Origin: Elainellaceae cyanobacterium
Lineage (GTDB): Bacteria; Cyanobacteriota; Cyanobacteriia; CAZCXK01
Direction: 5' to 3'
Assembly (NCBI GenBank): GCA_051117335.1
Contig: JBNPEB010000044.1
Coordinates: 39,412-103,411, forward strand
DNA length: 64,000 nt
The notes below the pieces were generated by a model, which was given only the letters and a program-made list of their open reading frames with translations, was not told where the DNA came from and searched no databases. Positions 1 to 10,191 of this stretch are shown piece after piece (the first letter of the stretch is position 1; each line of letters starts with the position of its first letter). The translations under genes and the position numbers were made by a program.

Positions 1-1
1 T

Positions 2-1435
2 CTCTTCGACGAGAAATGGCAAGGTACTGTCGCCGCAGAATCGGTTGATAAACGATTTCCAGCCGCTCTCGGTGCCAGCATCAACGACCCGTGTTTTGCA
101 GAAAACTACGTCGAGAAGTATAAGCAAGGCCGAGTCCAGACGATCGAAAATCTAAACGAGGCAAAAATCGACCTATGTTATCGAGGCCAGCTCGAACCCT
201 TTGATGTCAAAGCCAGCATTGTTGCACCAATTCTAGTTGCCGAGAATTTGATGGGGCTGTTCGTCGGGCATCAGTGTTCGAGTCCTCGGCAGTGGAAAGA
301 TGTCGAAATCACCTTCTTCCGGCAACTTGCGGTTCAGATTGGGTTTGCCATCGAACAGTCTAATCTGTTCCAAGAGCGGGAACAAGCCCGCCTAGAAGCT
401 GAAGCTCTCTCCGAAGAACGGCAACAGCAAAAAGAAGCCCTCCAGAAACAGTTAATCAATCTCCTTGGAGACGTTGAGGATGCTGCCAAAGGTGATTTGA
501 CGGTTCGTGCTGAAGTCACTGCCGATGAAATCGGAATTGTCGCAGACTTCTTTAATTCCATCGTGGAAAGCTTGCGGCAAATTGTGGTTCAAGTCAAACA
601 AGCCGCTGGGCAGGTAAACGTGTCGTTGGGCGAAAACGAGGGCGAAATTCGCAATCTGGCGGAGTCGGCCCTGAAGCAAGCCGAAGACACCACCCGGACG
701 CTAGCCTCTGTCGAAAAAATGACAGTCTCTATCCAGGCGGTAGCCAATAGCGCTCGACAAGCAGCCCTCGTGGCTCACCAAGCCTCGGATACTGCAACCA
801 CGGGCGGAGCTGTCATGGATCTAACGGTGCAAAATATTCTTGGCCTCAGAGAAACAGTTGCCGAAACCGCTAAGAAGGTAAAACGGTTGGGCGAATCATC
901 CCAACAGATTTCAAAGGTTGTCTCGCTGATCAATCAAATTGCTCTCCAGACCAATTTACTGGCAATCAATGCCGGAATTGAAGCCGCTCGTGCTGGAGAG
1001 GAAGGGCAAGGATTTGCTGTCGTTGCGGAAGAGGTGGGCGAACTCGCAGCACGCTCTGCAAATGCGACTCAAGAAATTGAGAAAATTGTTGCCAATATTC
1101 AGCTAGAAACCAGCGAAGTCGTATCGGCAATGGAACAAAGTACTTCACAAGTAGTTGAAGGAACTCGACTCGTCGACGATGTCAAACAAAGCTTGAATCA
1201 AATCGTTGAGGTGTCTCGGCAAATCGATCAGCTCGTGCACTCCATCTCGGAGGCAACCGTATCTCAGGTGGAAACCTCTGAAATCGTGTCGCGACTGATG
1301 AAAGACATTGCCCAAATTTCCGAGCAGACTTCTACGTCATCTCGAACGATGTCAGGGTCTTTGAATAAAACAGTCAAGGTTGCCCAAGAACTGCAAGCTT
1401 CTGTGGAAACATTCAAAGTCGGACCTGATGCATAG
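2..1435 (+). CDS. Methyl-accepting chemotaxis protein with an upstream GAF domain (PixJ/TaxD-like photoreceptor MCP), 5'-truncated by the window edge
   Basis: The frame of the listed ORF (248..1435) is open back to nt 2. The upstream translation (…[56 protein letters not shown]) is a typical C-terminal end of a cyanobacterial GAF domain and includes a DPCF tetrapeptide. Downstream there is a HAMP-like linker and an MCP signalling domain (…[27 protein letters not shown]…). Confidence 0.8.
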   Translation, partial: LFDEKWQGTVAAESVDKRFPAALGASINDPCFAENYVEKYKQGRVQTIENLNEAKIDLCYRGQLEPFDVKASIVAPILVAENLMGLFVGHQCSSPRQWKDVEITFFRQLAVQIGFAIEQSNLFQEREQARLEAEALSEERQQQKEALQKQLINLLGDVEDAAKGDLTVRAEVTADEIGIVADFFNSIVESLRQIVVQVKQAAGQVNVSLGENEGEIRNLAESALKQAEDTTRTLASVEKMTVSIQAVANSARQAALVAHQASDTATTGGAVMDLTVQNILGLRETVAETAKKVKRLGESSQQISKVVSLINQIALQTNLLAINAGIEAARAGEEGQGFAVVAEEVGELAARSANATQEIEKIVANIQLETSEVVSAMEQSTSQVVEGTRLVDDVKQSLNQIVEVSRQIDQLVHSISEATVSQVETSEIVSRLMKDIAQISEQTSTSSRTMSGSLNKTVKVAQELQASVETFKVGPDA

Positions 1436-1775
1436 ACCTGATGCACCAGATTGAGCAGTCTTGTTGCATATCCCGACCGGTTAATGGGCATGGCAATCCC
1501 ATGCCCGACATTTCCAAACACTACGATGACTCTGGCACGATCTATCCATCTACATCTTTGGTATTTTCATGGGCCTCTAGTTGGCGGAGGTGCAGGTCTG
1601 CACTCCCTTCTAGAACCAGAAAGGCAGGATGCAGCCACGAAGACTCCAGGGATATTGTCGTGGGCATCGAAATCCCTCAGATACAGGGCCAGGGGCAGGA
1701 TGCCTGGGACTACCTCTAACACTAGCCTTTGCTCAGGCTGTTTGCGGCGACCCAATAACGGAGTGGTATAAACCC

Positions 1776-4700
1776 ATGTCGAATGATAAGGAACTTGAAA
1801 TCCGGCTCCAATTTCTAGATGAAGCACGGGAGTATCTCAGCACAATAGAAGCAGCCTTGCTCGGATTATCAAGTCGCGGGGTTGACATTCAAGCGATTAA
1901 TGCTGCGTTGCGAGCCGCTCACTCCATCAAAGGGGGAGCGGGGATGATGGGGTATCAAATCTTAAGTAGCCTGGCTCATCGATTGGAAGATTCCTTTAAG
2001 GTTCTCAAAACGCAGAAGAATGCTGTTAATGTGGACTCTACGTTAGAGCATCTTTTGCTAACGGGTGTAGACTGCTTAGAAACGATCATCGAGTGCGATC
2101 GCCAAGGAACACCTCCGGATGCCGACTGGCTAGACCGTCAGACGCGAGACGTATTTAATCAACTGCATGAACGATTAGGAGAACCTCAGGCAGAAGATGC
2201 CGCGTCTATCTTGTCTCCTGAAGACGGTCAAGACGTGATTCCGCTATTTTTCCAGACTGAAGTGGAAGGCTGTCTTCAACGGCTCGAATCAGTTTTAGAA
2301 AATCAAGATCCCTGCCTTCGAGAAGAACTTGAAATCTTGGCGCAAGAACTGGGCGGGCTGGGCGAAATGCTTCAGTTAAATGCGTTTAGCCAGCTGTGTG
2401 ACTCGGTCACACACCAGTTGCAAACCGCGCCCGACGATATTGAAGACCTTGCTCGATCGGCGCTTCAATCGTGGAGGCAATCACAGGCGCTCGTTTTGAC
2501 AGGTAATATCGCCGAGCTGCCAACCAGTCTCAGTGGTGTCGATGTAGGCGTAGATATTGATGACATCCCCTTAGAAAATGTCATTCAATTTGCTCAACCT
2601 GACGCCCCCGAAACGTTTGATGACTATATCTCGTCAGCTAATGAATTTACCTCGTCAGACGATGAATTCATCTCGTCAGACGAATCTGAAGCTGACGATT
2701 ATTCGGACTTTTCAGAGTCCGAACCAGAGGTTACTGCCTCCGATGAAGACTGGCATTTGGCGGGGCTTTCGACAACCGAAACGTCGATTTCCAGACCTGT
2801 TCATACAGAGACGTATCCAATAGCGGCTCAGGCACCTACACCCCATGTTCAAGCCCAGCCCCACAGAGTTGTGGAAGTCAAACCTGATTCAGGGCCTCGA
2901 TATGACGACCACGAAACCCAAGAAACGACGGTTCGGGTGCCAGTCCAGCGACTCAATCAGCTCAACGACTTGTTTGGCGAGCTGACGATCGAGCGCAATG
3001 GGTTAGACTTGCATATCAAACGGATGCGAGAGTTGCTAACAACGTTGAAATACCGTGTCCAAACCCTCGAACAATCGAATATTCGGCTGCGAACGACCTA
3101 CGATCACGTTTCTGGACCTAAGTTAGCGTTTGCGTCCCATACAAACCCATCGAGCCCTTCATCATCGACGTCCTATTCATCAGATTTTAGGTTGCCTCCG
3201 CCGGACGATCACCCCGACGATCGCCACAGTAATGGGTTTGATTCCCTCGAATTTGACCGCTACGACGATCTCCATCTGCTGTCTCAAGAAATGATGGAAA
3301 CTATCGTTCAAATTCAAGAGGTGACGAGTGATTTTGACCTTAATTTAGAAGATACAGAGCAAACCTTCCGAGGTCTTAACAAAACCGCAAAGCAGCTTCA
3401 GACTCGTCTTACGCAGGTGCGAATGCGTCCCCTCTCCGATATTGTCGATCGGTTCCCCAGAGCGCTGCGTGAGCTATCTCTAAAGCATAATAAGCCCGTT
3501 GATCTCAAAATTTATGGCGCTAATACGCTCATCGATCGCAATATTTTAGAAGCCATCAATGACCCGATGATGCATCTGATTCGCAATGCCTTTGATCACG
3601 GTATTGAAGATCGAAGCACGCGGCTTCATTATGGTAAACCCGAACAAGGGCTGATTGAAATTCGCGCAACCCATCGCAATAATCGGACGCTGATCACGAT
3701 TCGAGATGATGGAGGGGGCATTCCGCTTGACAAAATTCGGTCGCGCGCTCGACAAATGGGGCTTGATGAAATGCTGCTTGCCGCAGCAAGTGACGAAGAA
3801 CTGATTTCGCTAATTTTTGAACCCGGCTTTAGCACCACGAGTAGTGTGACCGATCTTTCGGGTCGAGGCGTTGGCATGGATGTCGTGCGCGATCGCCTCA
3901 AGCAAATCCGAGGCGATATCAAAGTCGACACGCAAACAGGAGCCGGCACCACCTTTACGCTCTCGGTGCCGTTTACCCTCTCAGTCGCTCGTATCCTCCT
4001 GGCAGAAACGGACTCGATGTTGCTGGCATTCCCAACAGATGTCATCGAAGAGATGATTGTGCTCCAGCCAGAATATATCATCGAAACGGCGGGCACTGAG
4101 GTGCTTAGCTGGCAAGACCAAATGGTGCAAGTGGTTCGCCTGAAGAAATTTCTTAAATTCAACTGCCCGCGATCGCTCGATAAAATGGAAGCATTGCCGT
4201 CTATTAGCACGCCTACCTTGCTCGTTGTTAGTCACGGCAATCAGTTGATGGGCGTTGAGGTTGAACGCTGCTGGGGTGAGCAAGAGGTAGCGATTCGTAA
4301 AGTTGAAGGCAATCTTCCCTTACCCGATGGTTTCAGTAGCTGCACGATTTTGGGTGACGGTCGAGTCGTTCCTCTGGTCAACATTCCAGAATTACTGCAC
4401 TGGATTACGAGCGACGAGCGATCGCGCAGTATTGACTCTCGTCAGGCCGATTCCTTTATGCCGATGCTGCCAGAGTCGTATCCTTCATCGACTGAACCTG
4501 CGTTACCTGAGCTTCCCCCTGCCGTTCCCATCGCTCAAGAACCCACAATTCTCATCGTGGATGACTCGGTCAATGTTCGCCGTTTCCTAGCATTAACGCT
4601 AGAAAAAGCAGGCTACCGAGTCGAACAGGCCAAGGACGGGCAAGATGCTATCGATAAGCTACTCGGCGGCTTAGCTATACACGCCGTGATTTGCGACATC

Positions 4701-4931
4701 GAAATGCCCCGACTCGACGGATATGGCTTCCTAGCCCGAATCAAATCAAATGCAGACTATCAACATATCCCGGTTGCTATGCTGACCTCTCGGAGCGGAG
4801 AAAAGCATCGCCAACTCGCCATCAGCTTAGGGGCATCTGAGTACTTTTCTAAACCTTATAACGAACAAAATTTGCTCCGCTCCCTCGAACAAATGGTGAC
4901 GTCAACCCATGAAGTTGAATCGATTCGATAA
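1776..4931 (+). CDS. Hybrid CheA-like histidine kinase (Hpt - acidic Ser/Asp-rich linker - HATPase_c - CheW domain - C-terminal receiver), PixL/TaxAY-like
   Basis: Hpt motif (AAHSIKGGAGMMG), HATPase G-boxes (DDGGGI…GRGVGMDVV), a CheW-like domain and a REC domain (ILIVDDS…ICDIEMPRLDG…KP). The likely true start is ATG 1776 (MSNDKELEIRLQFLDEAREYL) rather than the ORF-track start at 1629. Confidence 0.85.
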   Translation: MSNDKELEIRLQFLDEAREYLSTIEAALLGLSSRGVDIQAINAALRAAHSIKGGAGMMGYQILSSLAHRLEDSFKVLKTQKNAVNVDSTLEHLLLTGVDCLETIIECDRQGTPPDADWLDRQTRDVFNQLHERLGEPQAEDAASILSPEDGQDVIPLFFQTEVEGCLQRLESVLENQDPCLREELEILAQELGGLGEMLQLNAFSQLCDSVTHQLQTAPDDIEDLARSALQSWRQSQALVLTGNIAELPTSLSGVDVGVDIDDIPLENVIQFAQPDAPETFDDYISSANEFTSSDDEFISSDESEADDYSDFSESEPEVTASDEDWHLAGLSTTETSISRPVHTETYPIAAQAPTPHVQAQPHRVVEVKPDSGPRYDDHETQETTVRVPVQRLNQLNDLFGELTIERNGLDLHIKRMRELLTTLKYRVQTLEQSNIRLRTTYDHVSGPKLAFASHTNPSSPSSSTSYSSDFRLPPPDDHPDDRHSNGFDSLEFDRYDDLHLLSQEMMETIVQIQEVTSDFDLNLEDTEQTFRGLNKTAKQLQTRLTQVRMRPLSDIVDRFPRALRELSLKHNKPVDLKIYGANTLIDRNILEAINDPMMHLIRNAFDHGIEDRSTRLHYGKPEQGLIEIRATHRNNRTLITIRDDGGGIPLDKIRSRARQMGLDEMLLAAASDEELISLIFEPGFSTTSSVTDLSGRGVGMDVVRDRLKQIRGDIKVDTQTGAGTTFTLSVPFTLSVARILLAETDSMLLAFPTDVIEEMIVLQPEYIIETAGTEVLSWQDQMVQVVRLKKFLKFNCPRSLDKMEALPSISTPTLLVVSHGNQLMGVEVERCWGEQEVAIRKVEGNLPLPDGFSSCTILGDGRVVPLVNIPELLHWITSDERSRSIDSRQADSFMPMLPESYPSSTEPALPELPPAVPIAQEPTILIVDDSVNVRRFLALTLEKAGYRVEQAKDGQDAIDKLLGGLAIHAVICDIEMPRLDGYGFLARIKSNADYQHIPVAMLTSRSGEKHRQLAISLGASEYFSKPYNEQNLLRSLEQMVTSTHEVESIR

Positions 4932-4995
4932 GACCCGTGCGTTAACTACCAATCCAAAATCGAAAATCCAAAATCGAGAATTGGTGTAATTCATA

Positions 4996-5553
4996 ATGGC
5001 AACTCTTTCACGTTTAGCAGCTCGTGCTGCCCACGCTAAAGCGGATGTAAAGCAACAGCTCATTCTGTTTTGCTTGCAAGGAGAATGGTTTGCACTGCCC
5101 ATTGTGGCGGCCCAAAAGGTCATTCCAATGGGGGCTGTCTACGGATCATCGCAGGGATTTGGAACCGGGCTTACTCACTATCTCGGGCATGATATTCCGG
5201 TGATTGATCTAATGCAAAAGATTTTTGTCAATTCGTCTCAATCCAGATTATTACTCGGTGATCCCCCCTCTGCATTTGAATCGAATGCAGATCCGTCATC
5301 TGAGAAATATTTGCTGATCGTTCAAAATGTTCACAATCGTGAACTGATTGGCTTGCCCATTGATTCGCAGCCGACACTCCGGCGAGTTCCTCAGTCTGCG
5401 TTTGCTCCGATTCCACCGACCTACTTGCAGGATGGCAAAATTCGCTGCATCAGTGCGTTGATTAAGGCAGATAAAGGGCATCCTCCTGCATTTCTACTCA
5501 ATTTAGATCAGCTTTTCCAGCCCCAAACGGCGCTACCTGCAAGTTCTCAATAG
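4996..5553 (+). CDS. CheW-like coupling protein
   Basis: 185 aa lying immediately downstream of CheA. CheW-domain-like core (ILFCLQGEWFALPIVAAQKVIPMG…LIGLPID). Confidence 0.65.
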   Translation: MATLSRLAARAAHAKADVKQQLILFCLQGEWFALPIVAAQKVIPMGAVYGSSQGFGTGLTHYLGHDIPVIDLMQKIFVNSSQSRLLLGDPPSAFESNADPSSEKYLLIVQNVHNRELIGLPIDSQPTLRRVPQSAFAPIPPTYLQDGKIRCISALIKADKGHPPAFLLNLDQLFQPQTALPASSQ

Positions 5554-5605
5554 CGACCTATAAATTCCTAATTTTTGGGAGTGTTTAGCATCTCAGACAG
5601 TTGGC

Positions 5606-6943
5606 CTATAGCACTCTCAACAGACTCGGAATTTCTCTGACGACGTCAAATTCTCTGATACTGGCTAATGCGTTTCGCATGTTGCCCTCGCGCACATGGT
5701 GCGTTACGACGACAATTTCAGCAACCTCGCCTCGTTTGCCAATTTGCACAATCGACTCTAAGCTGACGTCGTACTGACCAAAACAGGTGCCGAGTTTGCC
5801 AATCACCCCTGGGCTATCTTGGGCAAGGAGCCGAGCATAAAAGCGAGTCGACAATTCGCTCATTGGAGCAATGTTGCAATAGTGCTGATGATGGCACGCC
5901 AGCAGTGGATCGAGTGTTGGGGTGTTATTGGGCTGTCGAACGGTGCCGCGTTCGACCTTGAGAATCGCCGCGATATTCAAAATATCTGAAACAACTGCAC
6001 TCGCTGTTGGCCCTGCCCCTGCTCCCGGACCAAAGAACATCACCTGTCCGATGGGGTCACCCTCTACCAAAATGGCGTTGTAGACATCGTTGACATTGGC
6101 AAGCGGATGATCGCGAGGAACCAGGGTGGGATGCACTCGGACTTGGAGGTGTTCGGGGTCGTCTGGGGGCTCTTTGCCTGACTGAGAGTCTCGGCAGGCG
6201 ATCGCCAACAGCTTGATCACAAATCCTAGCCGGTCTGCATAGATAATGTCAGTCGAGGTAATCTGCCGAATCCCTTCGCAGTAAACATCGGAGAGCTTGA
6301 TGCGTCCGCCGAATGCCAGGGATGCCAAAATCGCGATTTTATCGGCTGCATCTAGACCCTCCACATCGGCAGTGGGGTCGGCTTCAGCGTAGCCGAGTTG
6401 CTGAGCATCTTTGAGGATAGTGTTAAAGTCTCCACCCTCCTGCTGCATTCGAGTCAGGATGTAGTTCGTTGTGCCATTCACAATGCCCATAATCACACGG
6501 ATGCGATTGGCGCATAGGGATTGTTTGAGCGGCTCAATGACTGGAATGCCGCCGCCGACCGCGGCTTCTAGGAGTACATACACTCCCGCCTCTTCTGCGG
6601 CGGTGAAAATTTCGGCACCATGACGGGCAATCAGGGCTTTGTTAGCTGTTACGACGTGCTTGTGATGGGCAATGGCCAAAAGCACGAGCGATCGCGCGGG
6701 TTCGATGCCGCCAATCACTTCTACCACAATATCCACAGTGGGATCCATGACGATTGATTCTAAATCAGCCGTCAGACAGTGGGTCGGGATATCAATAGAG
6801 CGGAGCTTATCGGGCGATCGCACGCCAACCTTATAAATTTCCAATTCCTCAACGAGCGGATGTCGCTGAGCCGGATCAAGCAAAATCTGAGCCGTGCCGC
6901 TGCCAACGGTTCCTAATCCTAATAAGCCAATCTTAAATACCAC
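5606..6943 (-). CDS. hom: Homoserine dehydrogenase with C-terminal ACT domain
   Basis: N-terminal Rossmann fold (KIGLLGLGTVGSGTAQIL), a conserved catalytic region and an ACT-like C-terminus; 445 aa. Confidence 0.9.
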   Translation of the reverse strand: MVFKIGLLGLGTVGSGTAQILLDPAQRHPLVEELEIYKVGVRSPDKLRSIDIPTHCLTADLESIVMDPTVDIVVEVIGGIEPARSLVLLAIAHHKHVVTANKALIARHGAEIFTAAEEAGVYVLLEAAVGGGIPVIEPLKQSLCANRIRVIMGIVNGTTNYILTRMQQEGGDFNTILKDAQQLGYAEADPTADVEGLDAADKIAILASLAFGGRIKLSDVYCEGIRQITSTDIIYADRLGFVIKLLAIACRDSQSGKEPPDDPEHLQVRVHPTLVPRDHPLANVNDVYNAILVEGDPIGQVMFFGPGAGAGPTASAVVSDILNIAAILKVERGTVRQPNNTPTLDPLLACHHQHYCNIAPMSELSTRFYARLLAQDSPGVIGKLGTCFGQYDVSLESIVQIGKRGEVAEIVVVTHHVREGNMRNALASIREFDVVREIPSLLRVL

Positions 6944-6981
6944 AGGTGGTCGTCCAATCCACGATAGGTCTTCTCGTCAAT

Positions 6982-7076
6982 TGTATAGCCCTACGGGTTC
7001 AGGTTTGTGTGGCGAGCCCCCGTGCCGCGGGGCTTGCCACGCGTTCAGCATCCTAACGCGAGAGAAGGCTATAAGG
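6982..7076. repeat. Copy 1 of a ~95 bp palindromic repeat element (TIR tatagcc…ggctata; internal GC-rich hairpin)
   Basis: Near-identical to 35720..35816. It begins tatagccctacggg, contains the hairpin gtgtggcgagcccccgtgccgcggggcttgccacgcg, and ends ggctataa. Confidence 0.55.
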
Positions 7077-7203
7077 GGGAAGCGGAGTCGTAATCGGTTT
7101 TGGGCGATCGGGTTGTGGTGATGACGGTTATCGAATAAAACAGAACGCATGTATTGAATTGCGCTACGATGCTTTCCAGTAGCGGCATATCTGGAGACTG
7201 ACC

Positions 7204-8403
7204 ATGCTCGATTTGACCAAACTAGCTCAGCAGATTAGCGGAATTGGCAACCATCTGACGCAGGAAGCAGAGGCTGCCCGGAAGCGACTCGAAATTGCCC
7301 GATCGCTTGTCGAAGCCGCTCAACCGCGACAGGCAGACTTAATTCACCGTCAGCAGGAATGGCGCGATCGCCTTGGCTTTGCGGCAGCCGAACCGATAGA
7401 ACCCCTCACAACCCAATTTCCTATCGCGACGGCACCGGCTAGGCATACGGTCGTTGCCACAGATGGGTCTCAGATTGCCCCTAGTCATCATGAAATCGCC
7501 TATTGCTATCTGATCAACGTCGGTCGAGTGGCATTGCACTACGGGCAAAATCGCCACCCTCTGCTCGATAGCCTGCCCGAAATCATGTATCGCCCCGAAG
7601 ACCTGTATATCTCTCGCCAGTGGGGCATCCGCACCGAAGAATGGATGGGCTATCGGCGCACGGTATCCGAAGCCGTGGTATTAGCTGAGTTGGTCGAATC
7701 GTTGCATCCCAACTCCTCTACATCCTCCACGGCATCTCCTCCTACCCTCGCCATGGTCGATGGATCGCTCATCTACTGGTTTCTCGAATCACTGCCCGCC
7801 GATGCGTGCGATCGCCTGCTACCGCCAATTCTAGAGGCATGGAACACCCTCAAAACCAATCGAATTCCGGTAGTTGGCTATCTCAGCGCCTCTCGCAGCG
7901 GTGAAGCCCTCAACTTTTTGCGATTGCATACCTGCCCGTACGATGCCCCTGACTGCGCGACCCACTGCCCTGGCAATACCGAAACGGCTCCGTGTCAAGT
8001 CTTTGCGCCTTTACGAGATACGGCACTATGGTCATTGCTGCTCGAACCGGGGCGACGGAGCGCACTCTGGCAAAGCTCTGCCAAGATTTTGGACGACTAT
8101 GGCGAGCATCGCATTTATTTTTGCTACGTTCATGTAGGCGCAGAAATTGCGCGGGTAGAATTTCCAGAATGGGTTGCACAGGATGCTGCCTTGCTAGACA
8201 CCGCCCTGACCCTAACAATTGCCCAGGTTCAAAAAGGCTACGGTTATCCCGTTGCGCTAGCAGAGGCTCATAACCAAGCGGTTGTCAGAGGGGGCGATCG
8301 CGCTCGATTCTTTGCGCTCCTCGAACGGCAGATGATCCGCTCTGGGCTCAAAAATATCGGGACATCGTATAAAGAGGCTCGTAAACGCGGCAGTATCGCT
8401 TAA
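7204..8403 (+). CDS. NurA-like 5'-3' nuclease domain protein (stand-alone, no HerA partner visible)
   Basis: Two D-G-S-containing motifs typical of the NurA family (VVATDGSQIAP and LAMVDGSLIYW); 399 aa. Sits between hom and xseBA/recA. Confidence 0.5.
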   Translation: MLDLTKLAQQISGIGNHLTQEAEAARKRLEIARSLVEAAQPRQADLIHRQQEWRDRLGFAAAEPIEPLTTQFPIATAPARHTVVATDGSQIAPSHHEIAYCYLINVGRVALHYGQNRHPLLDSLPEIMYRPEDLYISRQWGIRTEEWMGYRRTVSEAVVLAELVESLHPNSSTSSTASPPTLAMVDGSLIYWFLESLPADACDRLLPPILEAWNTLKTNRIPVVGYLSASRSGEALNFLRLHTCPYDAPDCATHCPGNTETAPCQVFAPLRDTALWSLLLEPGRRSALWQSSAKILDDYGEHRIYFCYVHVGAEIARVEFPEWVAQDAALLDTALTLTIAQVQKGYGYPVALAEAHNQAVVRGGDRARFFALLERQMIRSGLKNIGTSYKEARKRGSIA

Positions 8404-8417
8404 CTCCCGAATGGGGC

Positions 8418-8750
8418 TCAAAATCCTTCTACATCATCTGTCAGCGTTTCGATTAATAAATCCATCCGTTGCTGATGATGACCCAAAAATTCCTCACATT
8501 CTCTCAATTGCGAAACAGCTTGTTCAAATTGCTCAAAGACCTCGCTGAGCTCAAGCTCACCTAGTTCGATCCGAGTGATAATGGCTTCGATTTTGGCGAT
8601 CGTCGCCTCATAATGCCAATCATGGGGCAAATCCAGACCAGACGCGTTGGATGATGCCTGATTCTCACCCGACCTATCACCCAAATTCTCACTCAAGGAA
8701 GCTGGGTCAGACGAGAATGCTGAGTCAGATGAGACAGGAAAATCATTCAT
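8418..8750 (-). CDS. xseB: Exodeoxyribonuclease VII small subunit with Ser-rich N-terminal extension
   Basis: C-terminal XseB helical core (YEATIAKIEAIITRIELGELELSEVFEQFEQAVSQLRECEEFL). It overlaps the xseA stop by 4 nt, which suggests translational coupling. Confidence 0.75.
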   Translation of the reverse strand: MNDFPVSSDSAFSSDPASLSENLGDRSGENQASSNASGLDLPHDWHYEATIAKIEAIITRIELGELELSEVFEQFEQAVSQLRECEEFLGHHQQRMDLLIETLTDDVEGF

Positions 8751-10027
8751 GGATTCGGAGAAGAACTAGAATCTGGAATCGTATCGAGGACTTTGGAAAC
8801 CGTTACGCTAAGGTGCCCTTGAGCAAGCTGGACATGCAGCTTTTGTCCTGGAGTCAAGTCAGATGCCGATCGCGCGATCGTACCGTCGTCGGCATGGCGC
8901 ACCACCGCATATCCCCGACGTAAGACCGCTTCCGGATTCAAGGTGTCTAGCTTTTGGTGAAGCAACTGGCAATGCTGAGTCGCTTGCTGCATCTCGCGGG
9001 AGATCGTTTGAATCAAGCGCTGACGCAACCAATCTACCGACTGAGCCTCTTGTCGAACGTGTTGGTCGATCTGGAGTCGACGCAGCCGCTCACGAATTCG
9101 AGTATGGATGTCGTAAGCCGTATCGAGTTGATGCTGGATCGCTTGACGCAACGCCTTCGTGCGATCCTGATGTTCGCTGTATAAATCTGCTAGTCGCGGA
9201 ATCGCTTGCTCAGCCGCCGCAGTTGGTGTGTGAGCGCAGACATCGGCCACTAAATCCGCAAGCGATTCATCGCGCTGGTGCCCAATCCCGGCAACCACCG
9301 GAATCGGGCATAGGGCGATCGCCCTGACGACTCGTTCATCATTAAAACAATCCATATCTTCGATGGCGCCGCCGCCGCGCGACAAAATCAACACCTCTGC
9401 TCGTTGATCTCTCACTACACGGGCGATCGCACGCGAAATAGACATCGGAGCCTGATCACCTTGCACCAAGGCGGGTGAAAACAGCACCTGTAGCCCAGGA
9501 TATCGCCGCTTCAGAGTCCGCTGAATATCTCCCCAAGCGGCTGCCTGAGGGGATGTAACCACAGCGATTGTTCGTGGATAAAGGGGGAGAGGACGCTTTC
9601 GCTCAAGCGCAAATAACCCCTCCGCTTCGAGCCGCTTCCGCAACTGCCGATAGCGAATGGCTCGAAGCCCTTCCCCAGCAGGCAACGCCTGCCAAACAAT
9701 CAGCTGATAGGTTCCTCGCTTCCGGTGGACGTGAACACGGCCTAAAATGATGAACTGTTCTCCCGGAACAGGGACAGTCGCCAGCCTGCCTATTTGGTTA
9801 TTCCAGATCACGCAGCTAATCGCCGCTTTTTGGTCGGGGTCTTGTAGCGTAAAAAACAAACCGCTCCGATATCGGCTGGCGCTCGATACTTCTCCTGTGA
9901 CCCAGACTTGCTGCAACTGCGGATCGTCCTCTAACAAACCTTGAATATACAGCGTCAACCCTGCCACAGAAAGGGTGGCATCCGGACTGACAAACTGATT
10001 TGCAGATGGCTGGAGATTAGATGTCAT
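8747..10027 (-). CDS. xseA: Exodeoxyribonuclease VII large subunit
   Basis: 426 aa with an OB-fold N-terminus (LYIQGLLEDDPQLQQVWVTGEVSS) and the XseA catalytic domain. Confidence 0.9.
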   Translation of the reverse strand: MTSNLQPSANQFVSPDATLSVAGLTLYIQGLLEDDPQLQQVWVTGEVSSASRYRSGLFFTLQDPDQKAAISCVIWNNQIGRLATVPVPGEQFIILGRVHVHRKRGTYQLIVWQALPAGEGLRAIRYRQLRKRLEAEGLFALERKRPLPLYPRTIAVVTSPQAAAWGDIQRTLKRRYPGLQVLFSPALVQGDQAPMSISRAIARVVRDQRAEVLILSRGGGAIEDMDCFNDERVVRAIALCPIPVVAGIGHQRDESLADLVADVCAHTPTAAAEQAIPRLADLYSEHQDRTKALRQAIQHQLDTAYDIHTRIRERLRRLQIDQHVRQEAQSVDWLRQRLIQTISREMQQATQHCQLLHQKLDTLNPEAVLRRGYAVVRHADDGTIARSASDLTPGQKLHVQLAQGHLSVTVSKVLDTIPDSSSSPNP

Positions 10028-10140
10028 AGAGTCAAATTGTCAACATCGTCGATACGACATCCCTTGTTGAAACGCATCTTGTCGGAGAAAATCATTGAAC
10101 CAATGATTTGTTATCCAGTCTAGCTTTTTTCTAAATTAGA

Positions 10141-10163
10141 TAGTACATTTGTTTGTATAATGG
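10141..10163 (+). promoter_or_regulatory. Candidate recA promoter: extended -10 (tgtataat) overlapped by a LexA-box-like tagtacatttgtttgta
   Basis: TGnTATAAT lies at 10154..10161. The AGTAC-N4-GTTT half-site arrangement resembles the cyanobacterial LexA box RGTAC-N3-DGTWC with one mismatch. It is about 400 nt upstream of recA. Confidence 0.3.
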
Positions 10164-10191
10164 AGGGATCTCAAATCAATCCTAATTTATG

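Noticed and set aside
3629-4210. 193-aa ORF antisense to cheA (and similar antisense ORFs at 334..561, 25119..25544, 57692..58187, 62075..62545)
   Set aside because: They are wholly contained in, and antisense to, strongly supported genes. They have Pro/Arg/Ser-rich compositions typical of GC-rich antisense frames and no domain signatures.
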